Notes: generated by a model not told the origin, from the letters alone. 55,575 nt of DNA from Candidatus Krumholzibacteriia bacterium (GCA_023270185.1 JAGLCY010000029.1:1-55575), one strand, 5' to 3'. Shown: positions 28,085 to 37,515, counted from the first letter of the stretch. A program made the numbers and translations.

Positions 28085-29281
28085 ATGTCAGATCCATCAC
28101 CAGCCGAATCCTACGACTACGATCTTCCCGCGGAACTGATCGCCCAGGACCCACCGGACCGACGGGGGGACTCACGTCTCCTGTTGGTGGAACCCGGCGA
28201 CCGGGTGGTGGGCGAGAGGGTTTTCCGTCAGTTGCCGGAAGTCCTCAGGGCCGGCGACCTGTTGGTCCTCAATGAAAGCCGGGTCCTGCCGGCGCGCCTG
28301 TTGACGGTGCGTGAAGATACGGGCGGCCGGGTGGAAATTCTTCTGGTCCGACCGGTGGCGGCGGACAACACATGGCTGGCACTGGCTCGTCCGGGCCGAC
28401 GCTTAAGGACAGGCACGCGGTTGTTGCTCGGTGCGGGTTCCGCTCATGACGCACCGGTGTTGGAAATTTCCGAACGCCTGGACCAGGGCCAGGTTCTGGT
28501 AACCGCCCGGCGTGATCCGGGGCTCCTTGCCGAACAGTGGGGAGTGATGCCCCTGCCTCCCTATATCAAACGGGGTCATGAGGACCTGGTTTCCGAACGG
28601 GGCAGGCGGGACCGGGACCGCTACCAGACGGTTTTCGCGGTTCCCGACGACAAGGGGGCCGGTTCGGTGGCGGCCCCGACCGCGGGGCTTCATTTTTCGG
28701 ATGCGATCCTGGGCGAGCTTGCCAACGCCGGCATTGAGACGGCTCGGGTTTCCCTGCATGTGGGCCCGGGCACATTTCGCGAACCCACCGTCGAGCAGTT
28801 TGCCGCGCGTCGTCTGCACCGGGAGTATTTCCATCTGCCTGCGGACACGGCCTCGCGCATCGCCGAGACGCGCCGCGGCGGGGGGCGGGTCATCGCGGTG
28901 GGCACCACTTCCCTGCGTGTTCTCGAAACGGTGTCACGCCTGGGGCTGTCGGAAGACGGCCCGGATCACCTGAATTTCCGGTCCGGGGCCGGTGAAAGCC
29001 TACGGGAATTCACGGGTGAGGCGATGCGTCGAGATGGTCACTGGGAAGTCGTTGGCCAGACACGGTTGTTCCTTCGTCCACCCGACAAAGTCTCCTCCGT
29101 AGATGGTCTGCTGACCAATTTTCATCTGCCGGGATCTTCCCTGCTGATGCTCGTGGCCGCCCTGGCCGGTGAAAAAACATGGCAGTTGGTCTATGCTCAC
29201 GCGGTTGCCGAGCGGATGCGGTTCTACAGTTATGGTGATTGCATGCTCATCCTGCCCGGAGTGTCGGGCTGTTCCGGGTGA
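28085..29281 (+). CDS. queA: S-adenosylmethionine:tRNA ribosyltransferase-isomerase
   Basis: YDYDLPAELIAQDP...RGDSRLL, LPPYIKR, YQTVFA...GSVAAPTAGLHF and VGTTSLRVLE. Confidence 0.95.
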   Translation: MSDPSPAESYDYDLPAELIAQDPPDRRGDSRLLLVEPGDRVVGERVFRQLPEVLRAGDLLVLNESRVLPARLLTVREDTGGRVEILLVRPVAADNTWLALARPGRRLRTGTRLLLGAGSAHDAPVLEISERLDQGQVLVTARRDPGLLAEQWGVMPLPPYIKRGHEDLVSERGRRDRDRYQTVFAVPDDKGAGSVAAPTAGLHFSDAILGELANAGIETARVSLHVGPGTFREPTVEQFAARRLHREYFHLPADTASRIAETRRGGGRVIAVGTTSLRVLETVSRLGLSEDGPDHLNFRSGAGESLREFTGEAMRRDGHWEVVGQTRLFLRPPDKVSSVDGLLTNFHLPGSSLLMLVAALAGEKTWQLVYAHAVAERMRFYSYGDCMLILPGVSGCSG

Positions 29282-29295
29282 AAGGATCCTGAAAC

Positions 29296-30495
29296 GTGAC
29301 CAGTAACAGACAGGAACATTCCCTCGCCACCCCCTTTGGTTTTTCCATTGGGAAGAACGATTCCGGCAGCGAAGCCCGCACCGGAAAGCTGACCACCGGC
29401 CACGGCGTCATCGAGACCCCGGTCTTCATGCCCGTGGGAACGGTCGGCTCGGTCAAGGCCGTCACCTTCGAACAGGTCTGGGCCACCGGCGCCCGGCTCA
29501 TCCTGGGCAACACCTATCACCTGTACCTGCGTCCCGGCCACGAACTGATCGGTCGCCAGGGAGGACTGCACAGGTTCCAGGGTTGGGACGGGGCCCTTCT
29601 GACCGACAGCGCGGGGTTCCAGGTCTTTTCGCTCAACGAACTCAACAGGATCACCGAGGACGGTGTCGAATTCCGTTCCCACCTCAATGGCAGCAAACAT
29701 TTTTTCAGTCCGGAACTCAGCATGGAAGTGCAGTTGGCTCTCGGTGCGGATATCGTCATGGCCTTCGACCAGTGCGCCGCCTACGGCGCGGACCCGAAGG
29801 AAGTGGCCGCCGCCGTGGACCGCACCACCCGATGGCTGAAGCGGTGCCGCGACGTCTTTGGCGGTCGTGACTTCCGGGACGGCTGGGAGAGGGTCCTGTT
29901 CGGCATCATGCAGGGCGGGGTGGACGAAACCCTGCGCCGCCGTTCGGCTGCCGAGATCCTCGAGTTGGATCTGCCGGGTTATGCCATCGGCGGCTTGTCG
30001 GTCGGTGAACCGACGGCCGCCATGCGAGAGATGACGGAACTCGCGGCGGGGTTGTTGCCCGCGGACCGTCCCCGCTACCTGATGGGAGTCGGTTTCCCGG
30101 ACGACATCCTGGCCAGCGTCCAGGCGGGTGTCGACATGTTCGATTGCGTGCTGCCTACCAGGATGGCGCGCACCGGAACCGTTCTGACCAGGGATGGCCG
30201 TCTCGTCATCAAGAACCACGAATTCGCCGAAGACAGCCGGCCCATCGACGAAGAGTGCGGTTGCCCGGTCTGCGCAAGGCACAGTCGCGCCTACATCCGG
30301 CACCTGTTCCAGGCCAAGGAGATCCTTGCCAGCACGTTGGCGACCATTCACAACCTCCATTTCTACCAGGAATTGATGTCCGGCATTCGCGAGACCATCC
30401 GCCAGGAACGCTTTGGCGCATTCGCCGCGGAGATGTCCGGCCGCTGGCTGGACGGCGAAGCGGCCCGCCTGGACGAGGTCAAACGCCGCCGGTAG
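29296..30495 (+). CDS. tgt: tRNA-guanine transglycosylase
   Basis: [31 protein letters not shown]-like [18 protein letters not shown] and the Zn site CGCPVC...H. Confidence 0.97.
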   Translation: MTSNRQEHSLATPFGFSIGKNDSGSEARTGKLTTGHGVIETPVFMPVGTVGSVKAVTFEQVWATGARLILGNTYHLYLRPGHELIGRQGGLHRFQGWDGALLTDSAGFQVFSLNELNRITEDGVEFRSHLNGSKHFFSPELSMEVQLALGADIVMAFDQCAAYGADPKEVAAAVDRTTRWLKRCRDVFGGRDFRDGWERVLFGIMQGGVDETLRRRSAAEILELDLPGYAIGGLSVGEPTAAMREMTELAAGLLPADRPRYLMGVGFPDDILASVQAGVDMFDCVLPTRMARTGTVLTRDGRLVIKNHEFAEDSRPIDEECGCPVCARHSRAYIRHLFQAKEILASTLATIHNLHFYQELMSGIRETIRQERFGAFAAEMSGRWLDGEAARLDEVKRRR

Positions 30496-30626
30496 CTTCC
30501 CGGCTTCCCGTTGGAAAGTTGACCGGGCCGGACCCGGGACCCATTTTGGTGTGGCGAGTTTCGACCATCCCGGACCATCTTATAGCGGGTTCGGACCATC
30601 CCTACCTGAAGAACGAGGAGATGTTC

Positions 30627-30947
30627 ATGCCATTCGTGAACCTGCTGGCCATGGGGTCCCCCAATGGCGGCGAAGGCGGAGCCAGTTCCATGCTGAGCTT
30701 TTTGCCTCTTGTCCTGATTTTTATCGTGTTCTGGTTCATGATCATCCGTCCGCAGAAGAAGCAGCAGGATAAGCGCAAAACCATGATCGGAGCTCTCAAA
30801 AGAGGCGACCAGATCATCACCAGCGGCGGATTGTTCGCCATCGTCAAGGACGTCAAGGGGGATCGCGTGGTCGCGACCATCGCGGACGGAGTCAAGGTGG
30901 AGATCAGCAAGGGATCCATCAACGGCGTGGTGGAAGTAGGCGAATAG
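30627..30947 (+). CDS. yajC: Preprotein translocase accessory subunit YajC
   Basis: ATG at 30627 is 6 nt after GAGGAG. The product has LPLVLIFIVFWFMIIRPQKKQQDKRKTMIGALKRGDQIITSGGLFAIV. The tgt-yajC order is conserved. Confidence 0.9.
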   Translation: MPFVNLLAMGSPNGGEGGASSMLSFLPLVLIFIVFWFMIIRPQKKQQDKRKTMIGALKRGDQIITSGGLFAIVKDVKGDRVVATIADGVKVEISKGSINGVVEVGE

Positions 30948-30951
30948 CGCC

Positions 30952-31500
30952 ATGGGTGCCCGGGTGGCCCGGATTCGACGGTACGGCAACAGGTGTTTGC
31001 GCCGCAGGGCCAGGTCCGTGGATGCGGCTGACCGGCGGACACGTGAACTGTTGGATACGCTTTGGGCCACTCTTCTCGCCGATGGCGGTGTCGGTCTGGC
31101 CGCCCCGCAGATCAACCGGGACTGCCGGGTGGTGGTCGTCATGGACCCGGAGAGGCCTTTGGGAGAGCAACGGCTCGATCTTGTGAATCCGGTCATCCTC
31201 GAAACCTTCGGTCCGAGCGTTGCCTTTGAGGAAGGTTGTCTCTCTTTCCCGGGGCTGTATAGGACGGTGTGGCGCCCCCAGGGCGCTGTTGTCGAGTTCG
31301 ACGGGCCGCAGGGAAAGCAGACCTTGCGGGATGATGGACTTAAGGCGCGGATCGTCCTGCACGAGATCGATCACCTGGACGGGATCCTGTTCATCGATCG
31401 ACTTCCGTTCTGGACGAGACTTCTGCTGTCGCCGAGGCTGATTCCGTTTCTGATGTCCGAGTACTGGCGGAAAATTTCCGGGAAGGGGAGGAGCGGCTGA
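30952..31500 (+). CDS. def: Peptide deformylase
   Basis: The three Def motifs are present: GVGLAAPQI, EGCLSFPG and HEIDHLDG. Confidence 0.95.
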   Translation: MGARVARIRRYGNRCLRRRARSVDAADRRTRELLDTLWATLLADGGVGLAAPQINRDCRVVVVMDPERPLGEQRLDLVNPVILETFGPSVAFEEGCLSFPGLYRTVWRPQGAVVEFDGPQGKQTLRDDGLKARIVLHEIDHLDGILFIDRLPFWTRLLLSPRLIPFLMSEYWRKISGKGRSG

Positions 31501-32435
31501 TGAAGGTCGTTTTCATGGGGTCACCGGATTTCGCGGTGCCGAGTCTCGAAGCCCTGATCGAAGCCCGCTTCGAAGTGCAGTTGGTGGTTACTCAGCCCGA
31601 CCGGCGAGCCGGACGTGGGCGGAAGATGCTTCCCACCGCGGTCAAGGCCACCGCCGGCGAACACAACCTTTCAGTCATCGATTTCGGGAAGGGCCAGGGC
31701 AAGGCGGTCGCGGCCCAGGTCATGGCCCTCGAACCCGATGTCGTGGTGGTGGCCGCCTTCGGCCATATCCTTCGTAAACCCCTCCTTACTGCCCCGCCCT
31801 TCGGCTGCATCAATGTCCACGCCAGCCTTTTGCCGCGCTGGCGGGGTGTGTCTCCCGTCCAGTATTCCATTCTTCACGGCGATTCCTGGACCGGGGTGAC
31901 CATCATGCAGATGGATGCCGGGGTGGACACCGGCCCGATCCTGGCCCAGCGCTCGGTGGCCATCGGCCCGGAGGACACCGGGGGAGAACTGCTGGATCGG
32001 TTGGCGGGTCAGGGGGCGGATCTTTTGATCCACACCCTGCGGAGACTGCAGAACGGACATGTCGAGCCCGCACTCCAGAGTGATGAGGGCGCCGTCTACG
32101 CACCGAAGCTGACCCGGGCTCTTTCAGCCGTGCGTTGGGATCGGGATGTCGTCATCGTTCACAATCAGATCCGTTCCCTGATTCCCTGGCCGGGAACCAC
32201 TACCTACCTGGGAGAACAGACCCTCAAGATCACTGAAGCCCGTCCCATGTCCTACAACAGTTCGGGAAAGGAACCCGGCACCGTGCTGGACGTTGTCGAG
32301 GAGGGTGTGGTCGTTGCCTGCGGTGAAGGATCCCTGTTGTTGACAGGCATGCAGTGCCCGGGTCGCAAGGCCATGCGGGTGGATGAGTTTCTGCGCGGTT
32401 TCAAGATTTCCGCCGGGGACGTGTTGCGCTCATGA
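31500..32435 (+). CDS. fmt: Methionyl-tRNA formyltransferase
   Basis: MKVVFMGSPDFAVPSL, VVTQPDRRAGRG and NVHASLLPRWRG. The start overlaps the def stop (TGATG). Confidence 0.95.
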   Translation: MKVVFMGSPDFAVPSLEALIEARFEVQLVVTQPDRRAGRGRKMLPTAVKATAGEHNLSVIDFGKGQGKAVAAQVMALEPDVVVVAAFGHILRKPLLTAPPFGCINVHASLLPRWRGVSPVQYSILHGDSWTGVTIMQMDAGVDTGPILAQRSVAIGPEDTGGELLDRLAGQGADLLIHTLRRLQNGHVEPALQSDEGAVYAPKLTRALSAVRWDRDVVIVHNQIRSLIPWPGTTTYLGEQTLKITEARPMSYNSSGKEPGTVLDVVEEGVVVACGEGSLLLTGMQCPGRKAMRVDEFLRGFKISAGDVLRS

Positions 32436-33817
32436 AGGCTGATCCGGTTCGCCGGCGGGCCCATGAGATCCTGATCGCGGTGGACGAGGGGCATCCGCTG
32501 GATCCGGTGCTCGCCAGGGGTCTGGATAGGACTTCCGACCCCAGGGACCGCGCCTTCCTGGCCGAGTTGGTGCGGGGGACCCTGCAGTGGCGGGGTCGGT
32601 ACGATCATCTCATCAAACATTTCTCGAGCAGGAAACCCCCTGCCGATTCACCCACCCTGTCCCTGTTGCGCATGTCCCTGCACCAGATTCTGGGTCAGGG
32701 TTCGGTTCCCGCCTACGCGGCCATCCACCAGGCGGGAGAGCTTTGCCGGCGCAGGCCGGGGGCGCGCAAACTACCGTTCGTCAATGGGCTGTTGCAGAAC
32801 GTGCGGCGCAAGGTGTTGGGTGATGATGAACAAGGCCGACTTGACCCGGACGAAATCGAAAGAAGGCTGCTTCCGTTTTTCGAGATGGCCGACGGCGACC
32901 AGGCCGCCCGGTTGGCCGCATGGCAGTCCCACCCGGAGTGGCTGGTCCGCAAGTGGATCGCCCATTTCGGGTATCAGAAAACCGATGCGATCTGTTCCTG
33001 GAACAATCAGCCCGTGCCTCTTGTATTCCATGTCCTGTACCCTGCCGATCCGGTAGAGGCCGCGCGCCTTCTTGCCGAGGCGGGCTGTCCGGTCACCTCG
33101 GATGGGCCTCGACATAAGACTTTGGTTGCCACGCATCGTATCGGTCGTTTGCAATTGGATGGGATTCTGGCTCGTTTTCCCTGGCTGATTGTCCAGGATC
33201 CAACGGTCCAGAGGGCCACGGCATGGTTGGCCGCCGATCTCGCGGATCACGTCAGGGTGAGAGAACAACCGGTGTTGGACATGTGCGCTGCGCCGGGTGG
33301 GAAGACGGCGTTCCTCGCCTCCCGGTGGCCCGGACAGGGCAGGATCGTGGCCATGGATCACCACCCCGACCGTCTCGCCTTGCTGGTCTCCACAATTAAA
33401 AGGATTGAGGCCGACCGGGTGGACGTGGTATTAGCGAATGGCAAACAGGCTCCATTCGGTCCCGAGACTTTTGGCGCGGTGCTCCTTGATGGTCCCTGCA
33501 GCGGAACCGGAGTGCTGCGGCACCATCCGGAGGGGCGCTGGATGCTGAATAGTGATGTTCCGGGCAGAAATGGCCCCACGCTTCTGGAGCTGGCCGAAAA
33601 CGCGGCCGGGTTGCTGGAGCCTGGCGGCCTCTTGATGTACGCCACGTGCTCCCTGGAGCCTGAGGAAAACGAAGTGGTCGTAGACCGCCTGCTCGCCGAA
33701 AGATCCGATCTGGAGCCGGCCCCGTCGGCGGTCGACGGTCAATGGCGGCGGCTCTGGTTGCCGGGCGAATCTCCGGGAGACGGATTTTTCGCCGCCCGGA
33801 TGCGAAAGAAGGGATGA
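32432..33817 (+). CDS. rsmB: 16S rRNA (cytosine-C5)-methyltransferase RsmB/Sun
   Basis: An N-terminal NusB-like domain, the SAM site LDMCAAPGGKT, LLDGPCSGTGVLRHHPE and YATCSLEPEENE. Confidence 0.92.
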   Translation: MKADPVRRRAHEILIAVDEGHPLDPVLARGLDRTSDPRDRAFLAELVRGTLQWRGRYDHLIKHFSSRKPPADSPTLSLLRMSLHQILGQGSVPAYAAIHQAGELCRRRPGARKLPFVNGLLQNVRRKVLGDDEQGRLDPDEIERRLLPFFEMADGDQAARLAAWQSHPEWLVRKWIAHFGYQKTDAICSWNNQPVPLVFHVLYPADPVEAARLLAEAGCPVTSDGPRHKTLVATHRIGRLQLDGILARFPWLIVQDPTVQRATAWLAADLADHVRVREQPVLDMCAAPGGKTAFLASRWPGQGRIVAMDHHPDRLALLVSTIKRIEADRVDVVLANGKQAPFGPETFGAVLLDGPCSGTGVLRHHPEGRWMLNSDVPGRNGPTLLELAENAAGLLEPGGLLMYATCSLEPEENEVVVDRLLAERSDLEPAPSAVDGQWRRLWLPGESPGDGFFAARMRKKG

Positions 33818-33821
33818 GCCC

Positions 33822-34547
33822 GTGAAGTTGTGGAAACTCCTGCTGCTGTTGACGTCCCTGGTCGTGACCGGGGGAGTTCTGCTGTTGCTGGTGAACTTCC
33901 TGGTGATGCCCTCGCTGGTTCACGGCAACAAGGTCGTGACCATGACCGATATCCGCGGCATGAGTGTTACCGGCGCCGAGGTCCAGTTGCGGAGTCTTGG
34001 CCTGAAGGTTGAGGTTTCCCGTCAGAATTCCCATCCTTCCATCCCCGAAGGGATGATCCTGGACCAGATTCCCGCGCCCGAATCGCAGATCCGCGGCGGC
34101 CGCACCGTTCATGTGGTGACGAGCAGCGGGCCGCCGACAGGTTCATTGCCCGTATTGGCGGGCTTGAGCTTGCGCCAGGCCGAAATCACTCTGCAACGCG
34201 AAAATTTCCGACTGGGCAGGGTGTTGAAGATCAGACGGCATGGGGTCACCCAACCGGTCGTCGCGTATCAGAACCCTATGGCGGGAACGGATCTTTACAA
34301 GGGCGCCGTTGTGCACCTGGTCGTTGCCGAACCGGCGGCAGCCGAGCTTCTCAGGATGCCCGACCTGCGGGGCATGCCCCTTTACCAGGCCCGACAGGCC
34401 ATATCCGAGGCCGGGTTCATTCTGGCGCCGGTCACTTATGAACGGACCTCCCGTTCGGCACCCAATCTCGTCCTGTCACAGCATCCCCCCGCCGGTGAAC
34501 GGATCACCAAAGGAGAGCGCCTTGAATTGGTTGCCTCGTCCCGTTGA
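33822..34547 (+). CDS. Membrane-anchored PASTA-domain protein (TM + about 3 PASTA repeats, no kinase or PBP domain)
   Basis: The N-terminal TM is LLLLTSLVVTGGVLLLLVNFLV. Repeats of the PASTA pattern follow: (M/L)PD(I/L)RGMS...A...L...GL...(V), GMILDQIPA, VAYQNPMAG and VLSQHPPAG. GTG start. Confidence 0.75.
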   Translation: MKLWKLLLLLTSLVVTGGVLLLLVNFLVMPSLVHGNKVVTMTDIRGMSVTGAEVQLRSLGLKVEVSRQNSHPSIPEGMILDQIPAPESQIRGGRTVHVVTSSGPPTGSLPVLAGLSLRQAEITLQRENFRLGRVLKIRRHGVTQPVVAYQNPMAGTDLYKGAVVHLVVAEPAAAELLRMPDLRGMPLYQARQAISEAGFILAPVTYERTSRSAPNLVLSQHPPAGERITKGERLELVASSR

Positions 34548-34560
34548 CGGCAGGGCGCAC

Positions 34561-35196
34561 GTGGCGCCGTCATTGTTGTCCGCGGATTTCGCGGATCTGA
34601 AATCCGATGTCGAGGACATGACCACCGCCGGGGCGGATTTGCTCCACCTGGACGTCATGGACGGACATTTCGTGCCCAACATCACCTTCGGTCCTTTCAT
34701 TTGTCAGGCCATCCGTCGGATCAGCAAGCTGCCGCTGGATGCCCATCTGATGATCACGCATCCCGGACAATACGTCGAATCCTTCGCCAAGGCCGGCGTC
34801 GACGCGCTTACCATTCACGTCGAAGCGGATGGCGACATGGGGGAGACACTGGACGCGATCGGGGCCCTGGGAATCAAGCGCGGGATCTCACTCAAACCAG
34901 GCACGCCCCTCGAGGATATCCTGCCCTGGTTCGACCGTTTGGATCTGGTCCTGGTCATGAGTGTGGAGCCGGGTTTCGGGGGACAGAAGTTTGATCCGAC
35001 CGCCGTGGAAAAAATCGCGGAACTGGATCGCCGGAGGCAAAGCGAGGGCCGAGGATTCCTGGTATCGGTCGACGGGGGCATCAACGAGCAGACGGGCGCT
35101 CTCTGCCGTGAAGCTGGAGCGGATATTCTGGTATCGGGATCCTGGCTTTTCGGAGCCGAGGACAGAGTTTCGAGGATAACCCTTTTGCGGGGCTGA
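34561..35196 (+). CDS. rpe: Ribulose-phosphate 3-epimerase (start GTG 34561; TTG 34522 possible)
   Basis: (M)APSLLSADFADL, LHLDVMDGHFVPN, DAHLM, SVEPGFGGQKF and VDGGIN. Confidence 0.93.
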   Translation: MAPSLLSADFADLKSDVEDMTTAGADLLHLDVMDGHFVPNITFGPFICQAIRRISKLPLDAHLMITHPGQYVESFAKAGVDALTIHVEADGDMGETLDAIGALGIKRGISLKPGTPLEDILPWFDRLDLVLVMSVEPGFGGQKFDPTAVEKIAELDRRRQSEGRGFLVSVDGGINEQTGALCREAGADILVSGSWLFGAEDRVSRITLLRG

Positions 35197-35237
35197 AACT
35201 GACTGTTTGGCCATATCCTTGTCGTTGTGCCTCTTAC

Positions 35238-35266
35238 TTGCGAAATACCCCTCAAAATGTTAGATT
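35238..35266 (+). promoter_or_regulatory. Candidate sigma70 promoter for the ffh-rpsP... operon
   Basis: TTGCGA (35238-35243), 17-nt spacer, TAGATT (35261-35266), in the AT-richest part of a 255-nt intergenic region. Confidence 0.4.
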
Positions 35267-35451
35267 TCCCCTCTTGCGGAAAAACAGGGCCCGTACCGAA
35301 CTTGTTGCGGCTCAGGCTTGGTGTTTCGTAACTTGTTGTTACCCAGCAGGCTGCGCCTGTGAATTGATGTGGTGGATTGACCATTCCCGCCAGTCGGTTC
35401 GGTGCGCCTGAGTGTGTTTTGTCAGGCTGGATGCCCGGCCCGGAGCTGATT

Positions 35452-36798
35452 TTGTTTCAGGAACTGACCAGACGGCTTGACCGGACCATGAAAAAACTGG
35501 CCGGCCAGGACCGTCTGACCGAAGAAAACATCACCGAAGCCCTGCGCGAGGTCCGATTGGCCCTCCTTGAGGCGGACGTGAACTTCGCGGTGGCCAAGAA
35601 GCTTGTCGCGGCCATCCGTGAGAAAGCCACCGGTCAGGATGTGATCGGTAGCCTGACCCCGGCCCAACAGGTGGTCAAGATCGTCAACGAGGAGTTGACG
35701 GCGCTTTTGGGTGGTCAGGCCGCGGAGTTGAATCTGGATCCCGCCAACGCCAGGGCCAAGGGCATCAGCACGGTGATGGTCATGGGATTGCAGGGATCGG
35801 GCAAGACGACCTTCTGTGGAAAGCTGGCTCTCCGGCTCAAGAAAGAAGGTCGGAAGCCCATGCTGGTGGCCGCGGATATCTACCGTCCGGCGGCCATCGA
35901 ACAGCTGCAGGTGATCGCCGACAGCATCGACGTTCCGGTGCACAGCGATCGCGAACGCAAGAACGCGGCGCAGATCGTCAAGCTTGGCATGCGGCGCGCC
36001 AAGGACAACAAGTGCGATTGCCTGATCGTCGATACGGCGGGCCGCCTGCACATCGACGACACGCTGATGAACGAACTCGAGTCCATCGTCAAGATGGTGC
36101 CGATGGACGAGAAGCTTCTGGTGCTGGACGCGATGACCGGCCAGGAGGCCGTGAACATCGCCGAGACCTTCGCGGACCGCCTTGATTTCGACGGGGCGAT
36201 CCTGACCAAGATGGACGGTGATGCCCGGGGTGGAGCGGCCCTGAGCGTGTTGGAGGTCACCGGCAAGCCCGTCAAGATGGTGGGCATGGGAGAGAAACTG
36301 GAGGACCTCGAGGTCTTCCATCCCGACCGCATGGCCGGTCGGATCCTGGGGATGGGGGACATGCTGACCCTCATCGAACAGGCCGAAGAGAAAATGGATC
36401 TGGACGAGGCCGAGCATTTGGCCGGCCGCTTCGCACAGGGTGAGTTCTCCCTGGAGGATTTCCAGGCCCAGATCAAACAGATGAAAAAATTGGGTCCCAT
36501 GAAGGGGATCCTGAAGATGCTGCCAGGCATGAACAGCGACGTACTGGATAAGGCCAAGGTGGACGACAAACAGTTCGGCAAGGTCGAGGCGATCATCAAT
36601 TCGATGACGCCCGGGGAACGTCGCAAGCCCGACATCATCAACGGTTCGCGTCGCAAACGGATTGCGCGCGGAAGCGGGACCACGGTCTCGCAGGTCAACA
36701 AGCTGCTCAAACAGTACCGGGACATGAAGCGGATGATGCGTCAAATCAATTCCGCCGGCGGTCTCGAAGAGTTCGGCAAGAACGTTCTGGGTGGATAG
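35452..36798 (+). CDS. ffh: Signal recognition particle protein Ffh
   Basis: A TTG start at 35452 gives (M)FQELTRRLDRTMKKLAG..., the canonical Ffh N-terminus. GLQGSGKTT, DTAGRL and TKMDGDARGGAAL follow, plus a Met-rich M domain. The ORF's upstream extension (35377) has no homology-like features. Confidence 0.93.
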   Translation: MFQELTRRLDRTMKKLAGQDRLTEENITEALREVRLALLEADVNFAVAKKLVAAIREKATGQDVIGSLTPAQQVVKIVNEELTALLGGQAAELNLDPANARAKGISTVMVMGLQGSGKTTFCGKLALRLKKEGRKPMLVAADIYRPAAIEQLQVIADSIDVPVHSDRERKNAAQIVKLGMRRAKDNKCDCLIVDTAGRLHIDDTLMNELESIVKMVPMDEKLLVLDAMTGQEAVNIAETFADRLDFDGAILTKMDGDARGGAALSVLEVTGKPVKMVGMGEKLEDLEVFHPDRMAGRILGMGDMLTLIEQAEEKMDLDEAEHLAGRFAQGEFSLEDFQAQIKQMKKLGPMKGILKMLPGMNSDVLDKAKVDDKQFGKVEAIINSMTPGERRKPDIINGSRRKRIARGSGTTVSQVNKLLKQYRDMKRMMRQINSAGGLEEFGKNVLGG

Positions 36799-36861
36799 CT
36801 TGATCAATGCACGCGGCGCGCATGGTGCGTGTCGCGACACCGCACGAATTGGAGGTCGATA

Positions 36862-37515
36862 GTGTCGACGACAATCAGACTTACCCGTATGGGTCGCAAG
36901 AAGCGTCCCTTCTACCGTTTGGTCGTTCTGGACAGCCGCAAGCGGCGCGACGGCGCCTACCTGGCGAACCTGGGTTTCTACAACCCGTTCACCGAACCCC
37001 ATGAAATCAACATTCACGCCGACGAGATCATCCAATGGCTGAGCAAGGGCGCCACCATGAGTGAGACCGCCCGGAGCCTTCTGAGGACCGAAGGCGTCCT
37101 CCACCAGTATTCCCTGGTCAAAGAGGGCCTGGATGCCGCCGAGATCGAGACCCGCATGAATGAATGGCGCGCCACCGCTGAAGCCAACAGGCAGAAACGC
37201 GTGGATGCCAAGGCAGCCAAGGCCGCGAAGGTCGAAGCTGAAGCCAAGGCAGCCGCCGAAGAAGAAGCCAAGGTCGCCGCCGAAGCTGAAGCCGCCGAGA
37301 AGGCCGCCGCCGCCGCGGAGGAAAAGGCCAAGGCTGATGCCGAAGCCGCCGAAAAGGCCGCAGCCGAGGCTGAAGAAGCTGCCTCCGCTGCTGAGGAAGC
37401 TCCCGCCGAGGCCGAGGCCGAGGCCAAGGCCGAAGAAGCTCCCGCTGAGGAAGCTCCTGCCGAGACTGAAAAAGTCGAAGAGGCTGAAGAAGTGAAAAAG
37501 GATGAGGACAAATGA
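36862..37515 (+). CDS. rpsP: 30S ribosomal protein S16 with a ~130-aa Ala/Glu/Lys-rich C-terminal extension
   Basis: The GTG at 36862 is 6 nt after GGAGG and gives (M)STTIRLTRMGRKKRPFYRLVVLDSRKRRDGAYLANLGFYNP. The tail is KAAKAAKVEAEAKAAAEEEAKVAAEAEAAEKAAAAAEEKAKADAEAAE.... Confidence 0.9.
   Translation: MSTTIRLTRMGRKKRPFYRLVVLDSRKRRDGAYLANLGFYNPFTEPHEINIHADEIIQWLSKGATMSETARSLLRTEGVLHQYSLVKEGLDAAEIETRMNEWRATAEANRQKRVDAKAAKAAKVEAEAKAAAEEEAKVAAEAEAAEKAAAAAEEKAKADAEAAEKAAAEAEEAASAAEEAPAEAEAEAKAEEAPAEEAPAETEKVEEAEEVKKDEDK

Noticed and set aside
26886-28175. 429-aa ORF antisense to ruvB.
   Set aside because: It is a shadow ORF. ruvB on the + strand has textbook Walker A/B and sensor motifs. The same reasoning rejects 29230..30360 (anti-tgt), 1043..2179 (anti-GWxTD), 5388..6329 (anti-TolC) and 10861..11637 (anti-mreB).
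30144-30626. Upstream 161 codons of ORF 30144..30947, which would make YajC 267 aa.
   Set aside because: This part overlaps the 3' third of tgt in another frame and translates to Arg/Pro-rich junk. The YajC homology-like sequence begins at the RBS-preceded ATG at 30627. The same logic trims 34240..34560 (rpe), 18911..19063 (pgk), 20350..20412 (secG), 50788..50826 (lyase) and 52098..52247.
35197-35451. SRP RNA (ffs/4.5S) or another known ncRNA upstream of ffh.
   Set aside because: I could not find the conserved SRP domain-IV pattern (symmetric/asymmetric loops closing on a GNRA/GGAA tetraloop, ...GGAAGCAGCC-like) or any other family signature. It is left as an unexplained long leader.
35422-37104. 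560-aa ORF antisense to ffh and rpsP.
   Set aside because: It is a shadow ORF spanning two unambiguous sense genes and their intergenic RBS. The product is low-complexity and rich in G/R/H/L/Q.
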